DNA of 64,000 bases from Calditrichia bacterium (GTDB lineage Bacteria; Calditrichota; Calditrichia; RBG-13-44-9; J075). Below the pieces are notes generated by a model. It was given only the letters and a program-made list of their open reading frames with translations, was not told the origin of the DNA and did not search any database. This document shows positions 1-9,717 of the stretch, piece after piece (the first letter of the stretch is position 1; the number at the start of each line of letters is the position of its first letter). The stretch spans positions 90,748 through 154,747 of the forward strand of contig JBOEGD010000016.1 in NCBI GenBank assembly GCA_050633245.1, in the 5' to 3' direction. The position numbers and the translations under genes were made by a program.

Positions 1-21
1 ATGTGAAATGTGAAATGTGAA
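1..21. repeat. Heptamer tandem repeat (ATGTGAA)x3, possibly truncated by the window edge
   Basis: Read directly from the sequence; lies 3' of the stop of the 49..1215 gene. Confidence 0.8.
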
Positions 22-48
22 AAATATGGAAAATAGATTTGCAGGGGA

Positions 49-1215
49 TCATTTTTGTTTCAGCTTCATCCATTTCGCAAGCTCGCGAGTAACCAGGCGA
101 TTTCCCTTCGCCGAATAATGGTTATTAAAGAAGCTTTCTAATTCGTCATCAGATTCAATGTTTACAAAAGCATCTAACAGATCGATGTAGCTAAGTTGAT
201 GTCGATCGCAATAGTCGAGCATTGTTTGGTACGAACGTTCTCCAGACTTGCGAAATTCTTTTACATCACGCAGATTGGGGAAGAACAAAATATGAGGCTT
301 GGCTCCATCCTCTTTTACGCTCTCATAAAATTGATGTAGAATTGCATTGGTCAGAGCTAATGAAGTGGACTCTTCACGATATATGCCTTTTCGGGTATGC
401 AGCGGTTTCAAACGTGACTCAACCTTTTCCACGCAGATTTTAATGAGTCTAACAAATGCCAAGAAATCCAGGCGACCGGACTTCTGCGACAGTTGATAGT
501 AATGATCATACTCCCCTGCCCTGGCAAGTATTTTCTGCGGATTTCGCAACAGACGCTCATAGGACGCAGGGTTGGGGAAAGGATTTGCTACATGCATAAG
601 TGAGTCTTTTTGAAAAACAAAGCGAGGTTTACCCAGCGGCAACCCGGTTTGTGCTGTTACAAAGGGTCGGAAAATGTTTTCGTGTCGAAAAATATCATCC
701 GTCATGTAACCAATAAATACAATGTCGCTTTGGAAGTTTTTTCTTTTCTTCAGGTAACGCAAATGCGCTTGGTCAAGTCCATAGCCACCAACGCCGAAGT
801 TTAGAACCTCCAACGTGCTATCACTCTGCTGAAGAAAGTGCTGCCACGTTTCATCATCACGCACATCATCGCAATGCGTAAACGAATCTCCAAAGGTGGA
901 AATTCGCTTTTTTTCGTCAGGTGGTTCTTTCTGATACTCGATAGTCCCGCGAATTCCCTGCTCATTCGCATGATACAGCCCATTATACCCAGACGGTTTT
1001 ATTGTCCAGCCCAACAGAGAATCGGGAATGACATAACTTTCTCCGGAGTTCAACATTTGTGTCAAGATTTCTCGATGCTGTGAAGACAGCTGATCTACGG
1101 GTTGATACTGAATAGAAAAGAACTGTGCGAGTATCCACAAAGAAAGGTGAGAAAACAATTCTACCAGCAGCAAAAAGAAAAATAGCAACATCGTTGTTGC
1201 AGGTCGGCGTAGCAT
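49..1215 (-). CDS. Membrane-anchored SGNH/GDSL-family hydrolase
   Basis: N-terminal TM; FGDSFT block I, LNFGVGGYGLDQ block II, C-terminal NNHYS (DxH-like) motif. Confidence 0.8.
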   Translation of the reverse strand: MLRRPATTMLLFFFLLLVELFSHLSLWILAQFFSIQYQPVDQLSSQHREILTQMLNSGESYVIPDSLLGWTIKPSGYNGLYHANEQGIRGTIEYQKEPPDEKKRISTFGDSFTHCDDVRDDETWQHFLQQSDSTLEVLNFGVGGYGLDQAHLRYLKKRKNFQSDIVFIGYMTDDIFRHENIFRPFVTAQTGLPLGKPRFVFQKDSLMHVANPFPNPASYERLLRNPQKILARAGEYDHYYQLSQKSGRLDFLAFVRLIKICVEKVESRLKPLHTRKGIYREESTSLALTNAILHQFYESVKEDGAKPHILFFPNLRDVKEFRKSGERSYQTMLDYCDRHQLSYIDLLDAFVNIESDDELESFFNNHYSAKGNRLVTRELAKWMKLKQK

Positions 1216-1321
1216 TTATTATTCCATCCTAGATAAATTCTAAAAACAGATAATACCGATTGAATGTGATAAACGCAAAGGTATATATTTGTTCCTTATC
1301 GACGATATAGAAGGAGTTTCA

Positions 1322-1801
1322 ATGCCTTACCCCGATTCACTGCGACATGAACTGACTGCCCTGCTTCGTGGAGGCCAGGCACATGCGAGCACTAAGCAAA
1401 TTTTAGACGATATATCATTTGAATATGTGAACAAAAAGCCAGCCGGATTTTCACACTCACTTTGGGAGCTGGTAGACCATCTGCGCTTTACGCAAAGCGA
1501 TATTTTAGAGTTTATTGTAGACCCAAATTACGAAACCAAAGAGTGGCCGAAAGCCTATTGGCCTCATCCTGACGTGCCCGTTACAGAAAAAGATTGGACG
1601 AGTTCACTTTCCACTTTTTGGAAAGATCTGGCGGCATTTGAAGAGTTAGTATCAGCAGAAGATGCGGACTTTTTCATGCCGATTCCGCACTGTGGTGCTG
1701 CAAAGTATACGCTTTTCAGGCAAGTTTTAGTTGTTGCCGATCATAACGCTCATCATTTGGGACAGATTATTTTGTTACGACGCGCACTGGGAATTTGGTA
1801 A
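1322..1801 (+). CDS. DinB-family protein
   Basis: SLWELVDHLR and DHNAHHLGQI His motifs; ATG at 1322 follows AAGGAG (ORF track starts at TTG 1289). Confidence 0.85.
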   Translation: MPYPDSLRHELTALLRGGQAHASTKQILDDISFEYVNKKPAGFSHSLWELVDHLRFTQSDILEFIVDPNYETKEWPKAYWPHPDVPVTEKDWTSSLSTFWKDLAAFEELVSAEDADFFMPIPHCGAAKYTLFRQVLVVADHNAHHLGQIILLRRALGIW

Positions 1802-1802
1802 C

Positions 1803-3356
1803 CTAAACAATGTAAGAAGCAGCTAAACCCTGATATTGGGTAACCTGCTGCTCTATCCACTTTTCATCACGCCCAAGTTCATCAGCCATTAATTTTGCAA
1901 CAGCGGGTGCCATTTCACTACTGGCCTTTGCATTAAGCAACAATGCTCTCGTTCTCCGGGACAAGACATCTTCCACCGTTTCTGCCATTTCGTTGCGTAC
2001 CACCCAGAGAACTTCAGCACCACAGTATGGCAAATCAGAATGTAGCTTTTCACCAAGCGATGGATTTTTATCAATCATGCGACGAATTGAAATTCCATCG
2101 GAACCATAGACATGCAGTGGGTTTTCAAAATCGATATTCTTCATCCATCCGTGAATCCGCAGATTCTCCGTCACGCAGGGCGTTGGCACGAGTCCGGCAA
2201 TCAGAAGAGCTTTGTTAACAGTGTCCTCAGCCATCTTGCGATAGGTTGTCCACTTGCCTCCGGCAATCGTTACCAGCCCCGACTCTGAAACCGCGAGATA
2301 ATGATCGCGCGAAATTTCTGAAGTGTTCTCCGTTCCACCCGGGCTTACCAGCGGTCGCAGTCCGGCAAACACGCTCAGCACGTCTTCTCTCTTGGGGTCA
2401 CGCGTCAGATAACGGGCAGCGTGTTCGAGAATAAAATCTATTTCATCTTCCAGAGCGACCGGCTCCAGAGATGGGCTATCGACTAGCGTATCAGTTGTAC
2501 CAACAACAACCTTGTCGTACCACGGCACGGCAAATAATACACGGCCGTCATCGGTATGCGGCACCAAAATAGCGGCATCACCGGGAAGGAAATGATCATC
2601 CAGCACCAGATGCACACCCTGACTCGGTTTAATGATAGGCATTGCATTCGGGTCATCCATTTTAAGAATGGAGTCTGTAAAAACTCCCGTCGCATTTATA
2701 ACCACGCGACCAAAAACCTTATGTGTTTTCCCGGTCAGCTTGTCCTCTACCGTTACGCCGTTCAGCATGTCTCCGGCACGTAGAAAATCTGTTACCTGCA
2801 TATAGTTTAGCAACGTACCATTGTGTTCAACACTTGTTTGCATCAGATTGATCGCCAAACGCGCGTCGTCAAACTGGCCGTCATGATAGATGACGCCGCC
2901 ACGAAGTTCATCCGGCTCCAGCGTTGGAATGTGTTCGAGAACCTCTTCGCGGGAAAGAATACGCGATGGACCCAGCCCCAGCTTACCGGCGAGTAAATCG
3001 TACACCTTCATTCCTACGCCATAGAACGGCCCATTCCACCACTCATAACTAGGAACAATAAACGACCGGTTTTGAACGAGATGTGGCGCATTGTAGAAAA
3101 GCAGGCCACGCTCGTGCAGTGCCTCCAGCACCAGCGATATATTCCCCTGCTGAAGGTAGCGAACACCACCGTGGATAAGCTTGGTTGAGCGGCTTGACGT
3201 GCCTTTACAGAAGTCATTCTGCTCGAACAGGACGACGCTATAGCCTCGTGAGGCGGCATCCACAGCAGCTCCCAGGCCGCTTGCACCGCCCCCAATGATA
3301 ATCATATCCCAAAGTGATGTTTCATCGAGACGTATAAGCATATCCTGGCGCTTCAT
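1803..3356 (-). CDS. glpD: FAD-dependent glycerol-3-phosphate dehydrogenase
   Basis: IIIGGGASGLG, GTSSRSTKLIHGGVRYL, DGQFDDARL, AGLRPL, GGKWTTYRKMAE; start chosen at MKRQ (ORF track starts at 3371). Confidence 0.95.
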   Translation of the reverse strand: MKRQDMLIRLDETSLWDMIIIGGGASGLGAAVDAASRGYSVVLFEQNDFCKGTSSRSTKLIHGGVRYLQQGNISLVLEALHERGLLFYNAPHLVQNRSFIVPSYEWWNGPFYGVGMKVYDLLAGKLGLGPSRILSREEVLEHIPTLEPDELRGGVIYHDGQFDDARLAINLMQTSVEHNGTLLNYMQVTDFLRAGDMLNGVTVEDKLTGKTHKVFGRVVINATGVFTDSILKMDDPNAMPIIKPSQGVHLVLDDHFLPGDAAILVPHTDDGRVLFAVPWYDKVVVGTTDTLVDSPSLEPVALEDEIDFILEHAARYLTRDPKREDVLSVFAGLRPLVSPGGTENTSEISRDHYLAVSESGLVTIAGGKWTTYRKMAEDTVNKALLIAGLVPTPCVTENLRIHGWMKNIDFENPLHVYGSDGISIRRMIDKNPSLGEKLHSDLPYCGAEVLWVVRNEMAETVEDVLSRRTRALLLNAKASSEMAPAVAKLMADELGRDEKWIEQQVTQYQGLAASYIV

Positions 3357-3380
3357 GGGCAGGCCTTTCAATTATGGGAC

Positions 3381-3794
3381 TTAACTCATTTCGCGAGGTT
3401 GATGCAACGATAGCGAGCAGATAGAGGTAAGTTCTTCAAACTGCTTTTCGGTGGAAAAAATCGCGCAATTGCAGCGCATTGAAACCGCGCAGAGCAGTAA
3501 ATCGGTTGCCGAAACAGCTATCTTTTTCTCGCGCGCCAAAATAGCAAGACGAGCGGCCTCTTCATAATCTTCCTGAAGAAGCTCGATATCATCAAAAGCC
3601 TCCAGGTGATGACGAAGCGTTTCAAAATCGGAACTGTTGGTAACTCCGGAAAGGATTTCCTGACGTATCGGTGGGATCATGCGAGCATTCAGCTCCATAA
3701 TCAGCTGTTTTAATTCATTGACGTAGGGGTCTGAGTCAACGTAGCGAATGCGAAACGCCATCGACCAGATACTGGTGTCTACCAAAACCATCAT
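3381..3794 (-). CDS. vapC: PIN-domain VapC-family toxin
   Basis: VLVDTSIW, IRQEILSG, ATDLLL acidic PIN motifs; 4-nt overlap with the upstream antitoxin. Confidence 0.85.
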   Translation of the reverse strand: MMVLVDTSIWSMAFRIRYVDSDPYVNELKQLIMELNARMIPPIRQEILSGVTNSSDFETLRHHLEAFDDIELLQEDYEEAARLAILAREKKIAVSATDLLLCAVSMRCNCAIFSTEKQFEELTSICSLSLHQPREMS

Positions 3795-3991
3795 CGTTGG
3801 TTTCTCGCATCGCGAAAATCGTATTCGGGATCGTGGTCTATCTTGCCAAACAGCTCAAGCACTTCCAGCTGTTTGTGGCGCTTGATGTATTCCTGCAGCG
3901 CTTGCGTTACGGCAGATTTTTTGGTCTTGTGGTTACCCAGCCGCTTCGCTTCATTAATCAATCGATCATCCAGGTCGAGATTTGTAGCCAT
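3791..3991 (-). CDS. vapB: VapB-family RHH antitoxin (DUF2191-like)
   Basis: MATNLDLDDRLINEAKRLGNHKTKKSAVTQALQEYI; GGAGGG SD before ATG 3991. Confidence 0.85.
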   Translation of the reverse strand: MATNLDLDDRLINEAKRLGNHKTKKSAVTQALQEYIKRHKQLEVLELFGKIDHDPEYDFRDARNQR

Positions 3992-4004
3992 TGGCCCTCC
4001 TAAT

Positions 4005-4034
4005 TTGCACAAATATAATAACTTATCTGTGTAA
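4005..4034 (-). promoter_or_regulatory. Probable vapBC operator/promoter: imperfect inverted repeat over a TATATT -10-like box
   Basis: TTGCACAAATA-N8-TATCTGTGTAA (9/11 IR) immediately upstream of the vapB SD. Confidence 0.5.
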
Positions 4035-4384
4035 GAAAAGGAAAAAAATGGATTTTTGGTGACGGTTTATTTGTGAATGATATCAGGCATATGTTTTTAT
4101 AAGGTAAGAAATGAGATAAATCTATAAGCCGTAAATATACATTTACTAATGCGTTTCTATTAAACAAGATCAGGCACGGCTTGTTTTATAAATTCACTTT
4201 GAGTTAAATATTTCTTTTCCGTTGACTTTTAAAATATCGCTCACTAGAATTTTTATAACACCCACACAAAATTAGCAAATTATTTTATGGCTGGTGCAGA
4301 ACTATCTGTTTTTTGCGCTATAGCCGCATCTACCTAATTCGACTTTGGAGATGTCGAATTAGGATCAATCAGATCGGGAGGATC

Positions 4385-7300
4385 ATGAAAACTTTAATTT
4401 TTATCGCTACTATTTTTTTGTTGCTTCAAAATGTTATCGCTCAAGTAGCCCCTGTCGGTTATATACCAGAATTCCATCGCGCAGATTGGCATCTAAGTGG
4501 AGTAAATGAAAACAACCCTCCAGCACTGCCAGATTTTGTAGAAGACCTTGATGCACGTATGATAGCAAATGGAACCAATTTAAAAGACGAACTTGATGCT
4601 ATTGTTACTTTGGCTAGAGGGAGGGATGGCATTACTTTAGTTTTATTTGGTGCTGGTACTTATACGTTTGATGCTTCTACTGGTTTTGATGAGGCCATAG
4701 TCATTGGCCCGCCACCAGCACCTACTCCACCCAGAACTACTCCTTATGACAACAGCATTATCTTTCAAGGCGTAGGCGAATCTACTTTAATTCGTAATAA
4801 GATTGCAAATGCACTAGGCCATCCGCAATCCGCATTTGTTGTCAGAGGAAGCGTGAATACAACAACAGAGAGCACCTTAACAACTGGCACCTCTTTTGGA
4901 AAAGGAACATATGTTCTAGCACTAGATGACGTTACCGGATTTAGTGAGGGAGACTGGGTTCAGATCGAAGTTGAAAACTTTCATTTGGTAACACAACAAG
5001 CCGGGAGTGAAGCAGAAGACTGGATTGAGGTAGGTCAAATTGCAAAAATAAGAACTATAGATACCTACGCGAGCACAATAACTCTCTGGGAACCAGCACA
5101 TATGACATACACACCAACTTTTGGAATCGGCGGGATAGCTACAACTGTAGTTAAGTTGCTTAATCATGTTAGTGGGGTAGGATTCGAGAATTTTATGATA
5201 GCTGGAATCCATAATAAAAAGGCTGAAGATGGCGATTTTAGAGGTTATCACTTTGATTTTGAATATGCCGTAAACTGTTGGGTTCGGGGAGTAACATCGG
5301 TAAGACCTCCACGGGCTCATATAGATCTTGAACATAGCGCCAGAATCGAAGTAAGTGGATGTTATTTATTAGGTGCGGTACACCGCGGCAGTGGTGGATA
5401 TGGGTATGGAGTAATATTACAAAAAGGAACAAGCAATTGTAGAATTGAGAATAATATTTTTCAGATACTTCGCCATGGTATATTATTTCAAGCCGGTGCA
5501 AGCGGTAATGTAGCTGCATTTAACTATATCAGAGAAGGAAATTGGACACATTCCAATACGATAGCGCATGATCCCAGAGATATTGTATTCCATGGTGGTT
5601 ATCCTTTCTCAAATCTGGTTGAGCATAATATGACAAAAAAAATGGGTCCAGACACCTGGAATGGAAGAAATGGCCCTTACAATGCAATTGTAAGAAACAG
5701 GGTTAAAACAAGTAGGGATTTTGCCTTTCTTGATGTATCAGCTATAAAAGTCGAAAATATTACTTATTTGAATCTTCTGGGAAACGTTATTTATGAAGAC
5801 ACTGATTACTATGATATACACCCAACTACCATTTTTCTTAACTTATACGGCATTAAAAATGGCATACAAGAAGACCATGACGATAAAAATTATCTTGACT
5901 GGGCTCTTTATTTCATGGATGATGTGTCTTATGCCTATTCTGCCCAGCCTGACTTTGCCGTAGGCTACTATACATGGCCAGCAATTGGACCGACATCCAG
6001 CAACGGCATATCTATAAATCGCATTCCGGCTAACGATCGGTTCCATGACAATAGTTTAGTCAAAACCTACAATTCAAAAACCACCCCGAGCCCTGTTCCA
6101 GGTATTATGGTAGCAAATTCATTCGAAGGTGGGACTATAAAGATTAACAGTGTGACAGAGAATTCAGGACAAATATTTAACTGGACTATTGGCTCCAGCC
6201 AAACTATTGAAGCCTATGATCAGGATTATCCTCAGACAGGTAATTTTGAGCGCAAGTTTTCCAAATGGACAACCCCTGATGGTGATGTTGTTACAACTCC
6301 GCAGCTTACTCTAACAACCCCCAATTTTAATGGTGCTTATACAGCAGATTTTTTAACCAGGCTTGATGTTGATCTGGATAAAAACCTGCTAAACGGTGGG
6401 AGCGGGGGAATTATTCTTCTGCACGATTCTGTATTAACGACTTATCCTTATTCCGCTCAACACTACTTCAGCAGTCATGTTGTTTTGGAAGTTGAAAATT
6501 TCACCGAAACGGTAAATAGTATCCCGGTAGACTACTCGCTGGCATACTGGTCCAACGGATCTTTTGATAACCCACTAACTCTAGAGGCAGATGACCATAT
6601 AGATCTGACAGCAACCTTAAAGGGCAATAAAGTCGCAAACTCCGAGAACGCAACATATGGAAGCAATGGAAATAAAATAGCAGCAAACCCAATCAATGGC
6701 GATTTACATATGGTTTACATTGATAATGGCGAACTATATTACTCAACGTCAACTGATGGCGGTATTAATTGGACACAAGATGCTTACCTCGATGGGAACT
6801 CCAGTAGCTATATATGCCAATATCCAAGCCTTGGTGTGGATAGGCAGGGGAATGTGCACATTGCATATGAGCGTGAGTTTGAACTTAATGATATTAAAGA
6901 GTATACCGTTCAATACATTGAGATAGACAATTTGAATGAGACTGGCATTATCCAAACTGAACTGGGTAACATTTCGAATAACTATGGTGGATATCAGAAC
7001 TCTACGATGCCATCTATTTGCGTTGAATATTATGGAGACGTATATGTTGTCTGGCGCAGGTCTTTTAACAACCTATGGTTTACAACATCGAATTTGGTTG
7101 TTAAGCATAAAGACGGGTATGGTACTGGCAACTGGAGTTCCTTTAAGGACATTCCAAATACAGATATTAACTGCAAGACACCAACCCTTAGCTATGGAAG
7201 TATAAATGGAGCAGGATATCTTCATGTGTTTTGGGTAAATACTCAGTCTGACAAAGTGTATTATGCAAATCCCTCATCGCAGTGGAACTGGGGAACAAAT

Positions 7301-8752
7301 GTTGACTTGACTTCAGCAATATTAACTATTGATGACTTTAAAAACACTTCGGTTCATCAATCGACCGGTGGCTATCCTGACGAAATCTACTTGGTCTGGG
7401 AAGGTATAGAGGAGTTTGCCGGTGAAACAAAGTCTGGTAAAACAAAGAACAAAAAAGAAGTAAAAAACGCGGTTGAAATTAAGCCTGAGAAGAATCTTAG
7501 TGCAGGGTGTCCACCAGCATCATCAGACAATCCGGTCATTTACTTTCAAGAAAAAGGCTCTTCTGGTTGGACAGGACAAACGTTTTTTCGTATTAATAAT
7601 ACATGCGACAGAAAACCGGTTGTTACAAGCTGGGAGACTTCTACAGGTAGACAGGTAATGATTGCCTACGAAAGCATTCAAGGCAGGATCTCAACAATAT
7701 TACGCAACGAAAACGGCCAATGGGCAACACCAATTCAAGTTACCAGTAATGGATCTAATCCAGCTCTTACAAATCCAGAAGATAGTGAACCCAATATGAT
7801 TTATACTCGTCATTCAACAAATCCTCACGAGATTCTATTTAATGGGAACTTACTGCCACCACCATCCGCACCTGGTGCAACAAATACATCTCTAACAACC
7901 TTGCCACACAGTCGAATTGTTCAATTCGGTTTAGACAAAGATCTTCTTGGGGGATCTGGACTTGGGATAAAAGGGAATATTAGCTTTGAAATTGGTGATT
8001 TAGAGCTTATGACACCCCGGGGATCGCAAAAGATTTCTCCAGTGTTTAATGATTCCTTGATTACGCCGAACAATGTTTTTGAATATAACAAGCTGGTTGT
8101 TTCGGAGGAAACGACGACTTTGAAAATACCAATTTCGATTAGAGCCCCTTATCTATCACATAACTCCGATCGAGAAAGCACACCTTTGCCCTTGTTCAAT
8201 TTGCAACTCCACGACGTTGTTACACATAGCGTAATTAAGAACATCAAATATTATGATACGAGTATTTTGGCGAGCAAGACATTTTACCAGGAACAAGACA
8301 CCATTGAAGTTAACCTAAACGATTTATCTTCTTCGAATCTGTATGTTCGTGGAGAAGTATATCTGAATGAAGATAAATGGAAAATAGACATGGCTGAGGT
8401 GTTTGATTTAAGGAATATTGAACCTGATACGCTTCAAAAAGATTCAACACCGGCGGATGAAACCAACATTCCTAAAAAGTTCGCCCTTTATCAGAATTAC
8501 CCCAATCCCTTCAACCCGAGTACGACTATCAAGTTTGACTTGCCAAAGCCTACCAATGTGAAAATTAAAATTTATGACATTCAGGGCAGGTTGGTTAACG
8601 TTCTGGTAGATGAAAAGATGGTAGCCGGTTCCCATGAGGCCATTTGGGATGGGCGATCTCGTGGCAACTATAATGTATCCAGCGGAGTATATTTTTACCG
8701 GATCCAAGCATCAGGCTTTACAAAGGTTAAGAAAATGTTAGTTGTGAAATAG
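4385..8752 (+). CDS. Large secreted multidomain protein: right-handed beta-helix (pectate lyase-like), Ig-like spacers, Asp-box/BNR propeller, C-terminal FlgD-Ig/T9SS-A-like sorting domain
   Basis: Signal peptide MKTLIFIATIFLLLQNVIA after GGGAGG SD; NCWVRGV/GYGYGV/CRIENNIF..LRH beta-helix rungs; STSTDGGINW Asp-box; FALYQNYPNPFNPSTTIKFDLP...SSGVYFYRI...KKMLVVK. Confidence 0.8.
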   Translation: MKTLIFIATIFLLLQNVIAQVAPVGYIPEFHRADWHLSGVNENNPPALPDFVEDLDARMIANGTNLKDELDAIVTLARGRDGITLVLFGAGTYTFDASTGFDEAIVIGPPPAPTPPRTTPYDNSIIFQGVGESTLIRNKIANALGHPQSAFVVRGSVNTTTESTLTTGTSFGKGTYVLALDDVTGFSEGDWVQIEVENFHLVTQQAGSEAEDWIEVGQIAKIRTIDTYASTITLWEPAHMTYTPTFGIGGIATTVVKLLNHVSGVGFENFMIAGIHNKKAEDGDFRGYHFDFEYAVNCWVRGVTSVRPPRAHIDLEHSARIEVSGCYLLGAVHRGSGGYGYGVILQKGTSNCRIENNIFQILRHGILFQAGASGNVAAFNYIREGNWTHSNTIAHDPRDIVFHGGYPFSNLVEHNMTKKMGPDTWNGRNGPYNAIVRNRVKTSRDFAFLDVSAIKVENITYLNLLGNVIYEDTDYYDIHPTTIFLNLYGIKNGIQEDHDDKNYLDWALYFMDDVSYAYSAQPDFAVGYYTWPAIGPTSSNGISINRIPANDRFHDNSLVKTYNSKTTPSPVPGIMVANSFEGGTIKINSVTENSGQIFNWTIGSSQTIEAYDQDYPQTGNFERKFSKWTTPDGDVVTTPQLTLTTPNFNGAYTADFLTRLDVDLDKNLLNGGSGGIILLHDSVLTTYPYSAQHYFSSHVVLEVENFTETVNSIPVDYSLAYWSNGSFDNPLTLEADDHIDLTATLKGNKVANSENATYGSNGNKIAANPINGDLHMVYIDNGELYYSTSTDGGINWTQDAYLDGNSSSYICQYPSLGVDRQGNVHIAYEREFELNDIKEYTVQYIEIDNLNETGIIQTELGNISNNYGGYQNSTMPSICVEYYGDVYVVWRRSFNNLWFTTSNLVVKHKDGYGTGNWSSFKDIPNTDINCKTPTLSYGSINGAGYLHVFWVNTQSDKVYYANPSSQWNWGTNVDLTSAILTIDDFKNTSVHQSTGGYPDEIYLVWEGIEEFAGETKSGKTKNKKEVKNAVEIKPEKNLSAGCPPASSDNPVIYFQEKGSSGWTGQTFFRINNTCDRKPVVTSWETSTGRQVMIAYESIQGRISTILRNENGQWATPIQVTSNGSNPALTNPEDSEPNMIYTRHSTNPHEILFNGNLLPPPSAPGATNTSLTTLPHSRIVQFGLDKDLLGGSGLGIKGNISFEIGDLELMTPRGSQKISPVFNDSLITPNNVFEYNKLVVSEETTTLKIPISIRAPYLSHNSDRESTPLPLFNLQLHDVVTHSVIKNIKYYDTSILASKTFYQEQDTIEVNLNDLSSSNLYVRGEVYLNEDKWKIDMAEVFDLRNIEPDTLQKDSTPADETNIPKKFALYQNYPNPFNPSTTIKFDLPKPTNVKIKIYDIQGRLVNVLVDEKMVAGSHEAIWDGRSRGNYNVSSGVYFYRIQASGFTKVKKMLVVK

Positions 8753-8759
8753 TTTATTT

Positions 8760-8797
8760 ACTCACCCGGAGTTTTTTCTAAAGACACCGGGTGAGTA
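8760..8797 (+). terminator. Stem-loop after the secreted-protein gene
   Basis: TACTCACCCGG ... CCGGGTGAGTA 11-bp inverted repeat. Confidence 0.6.
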
Positions 8798-8848
8798 TCT
8801 TAATCTTATAATAAATTAAAACGTTTGAGACACTATATCAGCCTGGGG

Positions 8849-8873
8849 AAAGTCCGTTTTAACGGACTTTTTT
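8849..8873 (+). terminator. Rho-independent terminator between convergent genes
   Basis: AAAGTCCGTT-TT-AACGGACTTT followed by further Ts. Confidence 0.7.
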
Positions 8874-8915
8874 AGCTCCTGATTACCGGAGAATTTTTGA
8901 CATCTGTGCTTCCAA

Positions 8916-9716
8916 CTACAACACTTTTTCCGCAATAACCGAACAGCTCAATGGCAACGACCGAGCGTCTTTTGCTGCATCAGTATAGATGTTTGAAATA
9001 TCGGTGGGATATTCGTAAAAGGCTTTTATGGCAAAACCATTGTTCAACAAGACGGTAAAAAGGTCAGACAGCGTATAGGCAAACTCATAGTGTGTTTTGC
9101 CTTGGTATTCAGTGTTTCCAAGATAGTCTAAATCGCCTGCCCCACTCAAGGTCTTCTTTGTAAAGTAATTAGCGTCGGGAAAGATCGTGAAATCGGTTTC
9201 CAGAATCTGGGTAAACGGGTGCATTTCATGAATAAGCAGTCGAGCATTTTCGGCCAACAGCGAATTTAGGTGGGCAAAGAAGCGGTTGAGATCGGGCAGC
9301 CAACATAAAGCACCAACGGTAATCATGGCGCGCTCAAACGGCTTGCCCAACATTTCCAGGTTTACATCATACACATCAGAGCGTTCGAACCGAACGCCAT
9401 TTTGCAGAGCGGTAGCCAACACACGCGCAGATTCGATTGCGGTCCCGGAAATATCCACACCCAGACACTCCCCTGCCCCTAGTCGTTTAGCCGACATCAA
9501 TTCTTCGCCGTCATTGCAGAGCAGATGAAGCACTGAGCGATCTTTAATATCCAGCTCGATAAGACGGTCGCGTAAGTTGTCGTCCAGTGCAAGAAAGTCT
9601 TGATCGTCAATAAATTGCTTCTTTATATGCTTCTTCACGGCCTGATGTCGCTCATTCACTTCCTCCCAGGCCAGGCGATTTTTATCGGTGAATTGTTTAA
9701 TGTCTCGTTTACTCAT
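8916..9716 (-). CDS. Class I SAM-dependent methyltransferase
   Basis: VLHLLCNDG, LGVDIS, GALCWLPDL, EMHPF motifs. Confidence 0.85.
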   Translation of the reverse strand: MSKRDIKQFTDKNRLAWEEVNERHQAVKKHIKKQFIDDQDFLALDDNLRDRLIELDIKDRSVLHLLCNDGEELMSAKRLGAGECLGVDISGTAIESARVLATALQNGVRFERSDVYDVNLEMLGKPFERAMITVGALCWLPDLNRFFAHLNSLLAENARLLIHEMHPFTQILETDFTIFPDANYFTKKTLSGAGDLDYLGNTEYQGKTHYEFAYTLSDLFTVLLNNGFAIKAFYEYPTDISNIYTDAAKDARSLPLSCSVIAEKVL

Positions 9717-9717
9717 A

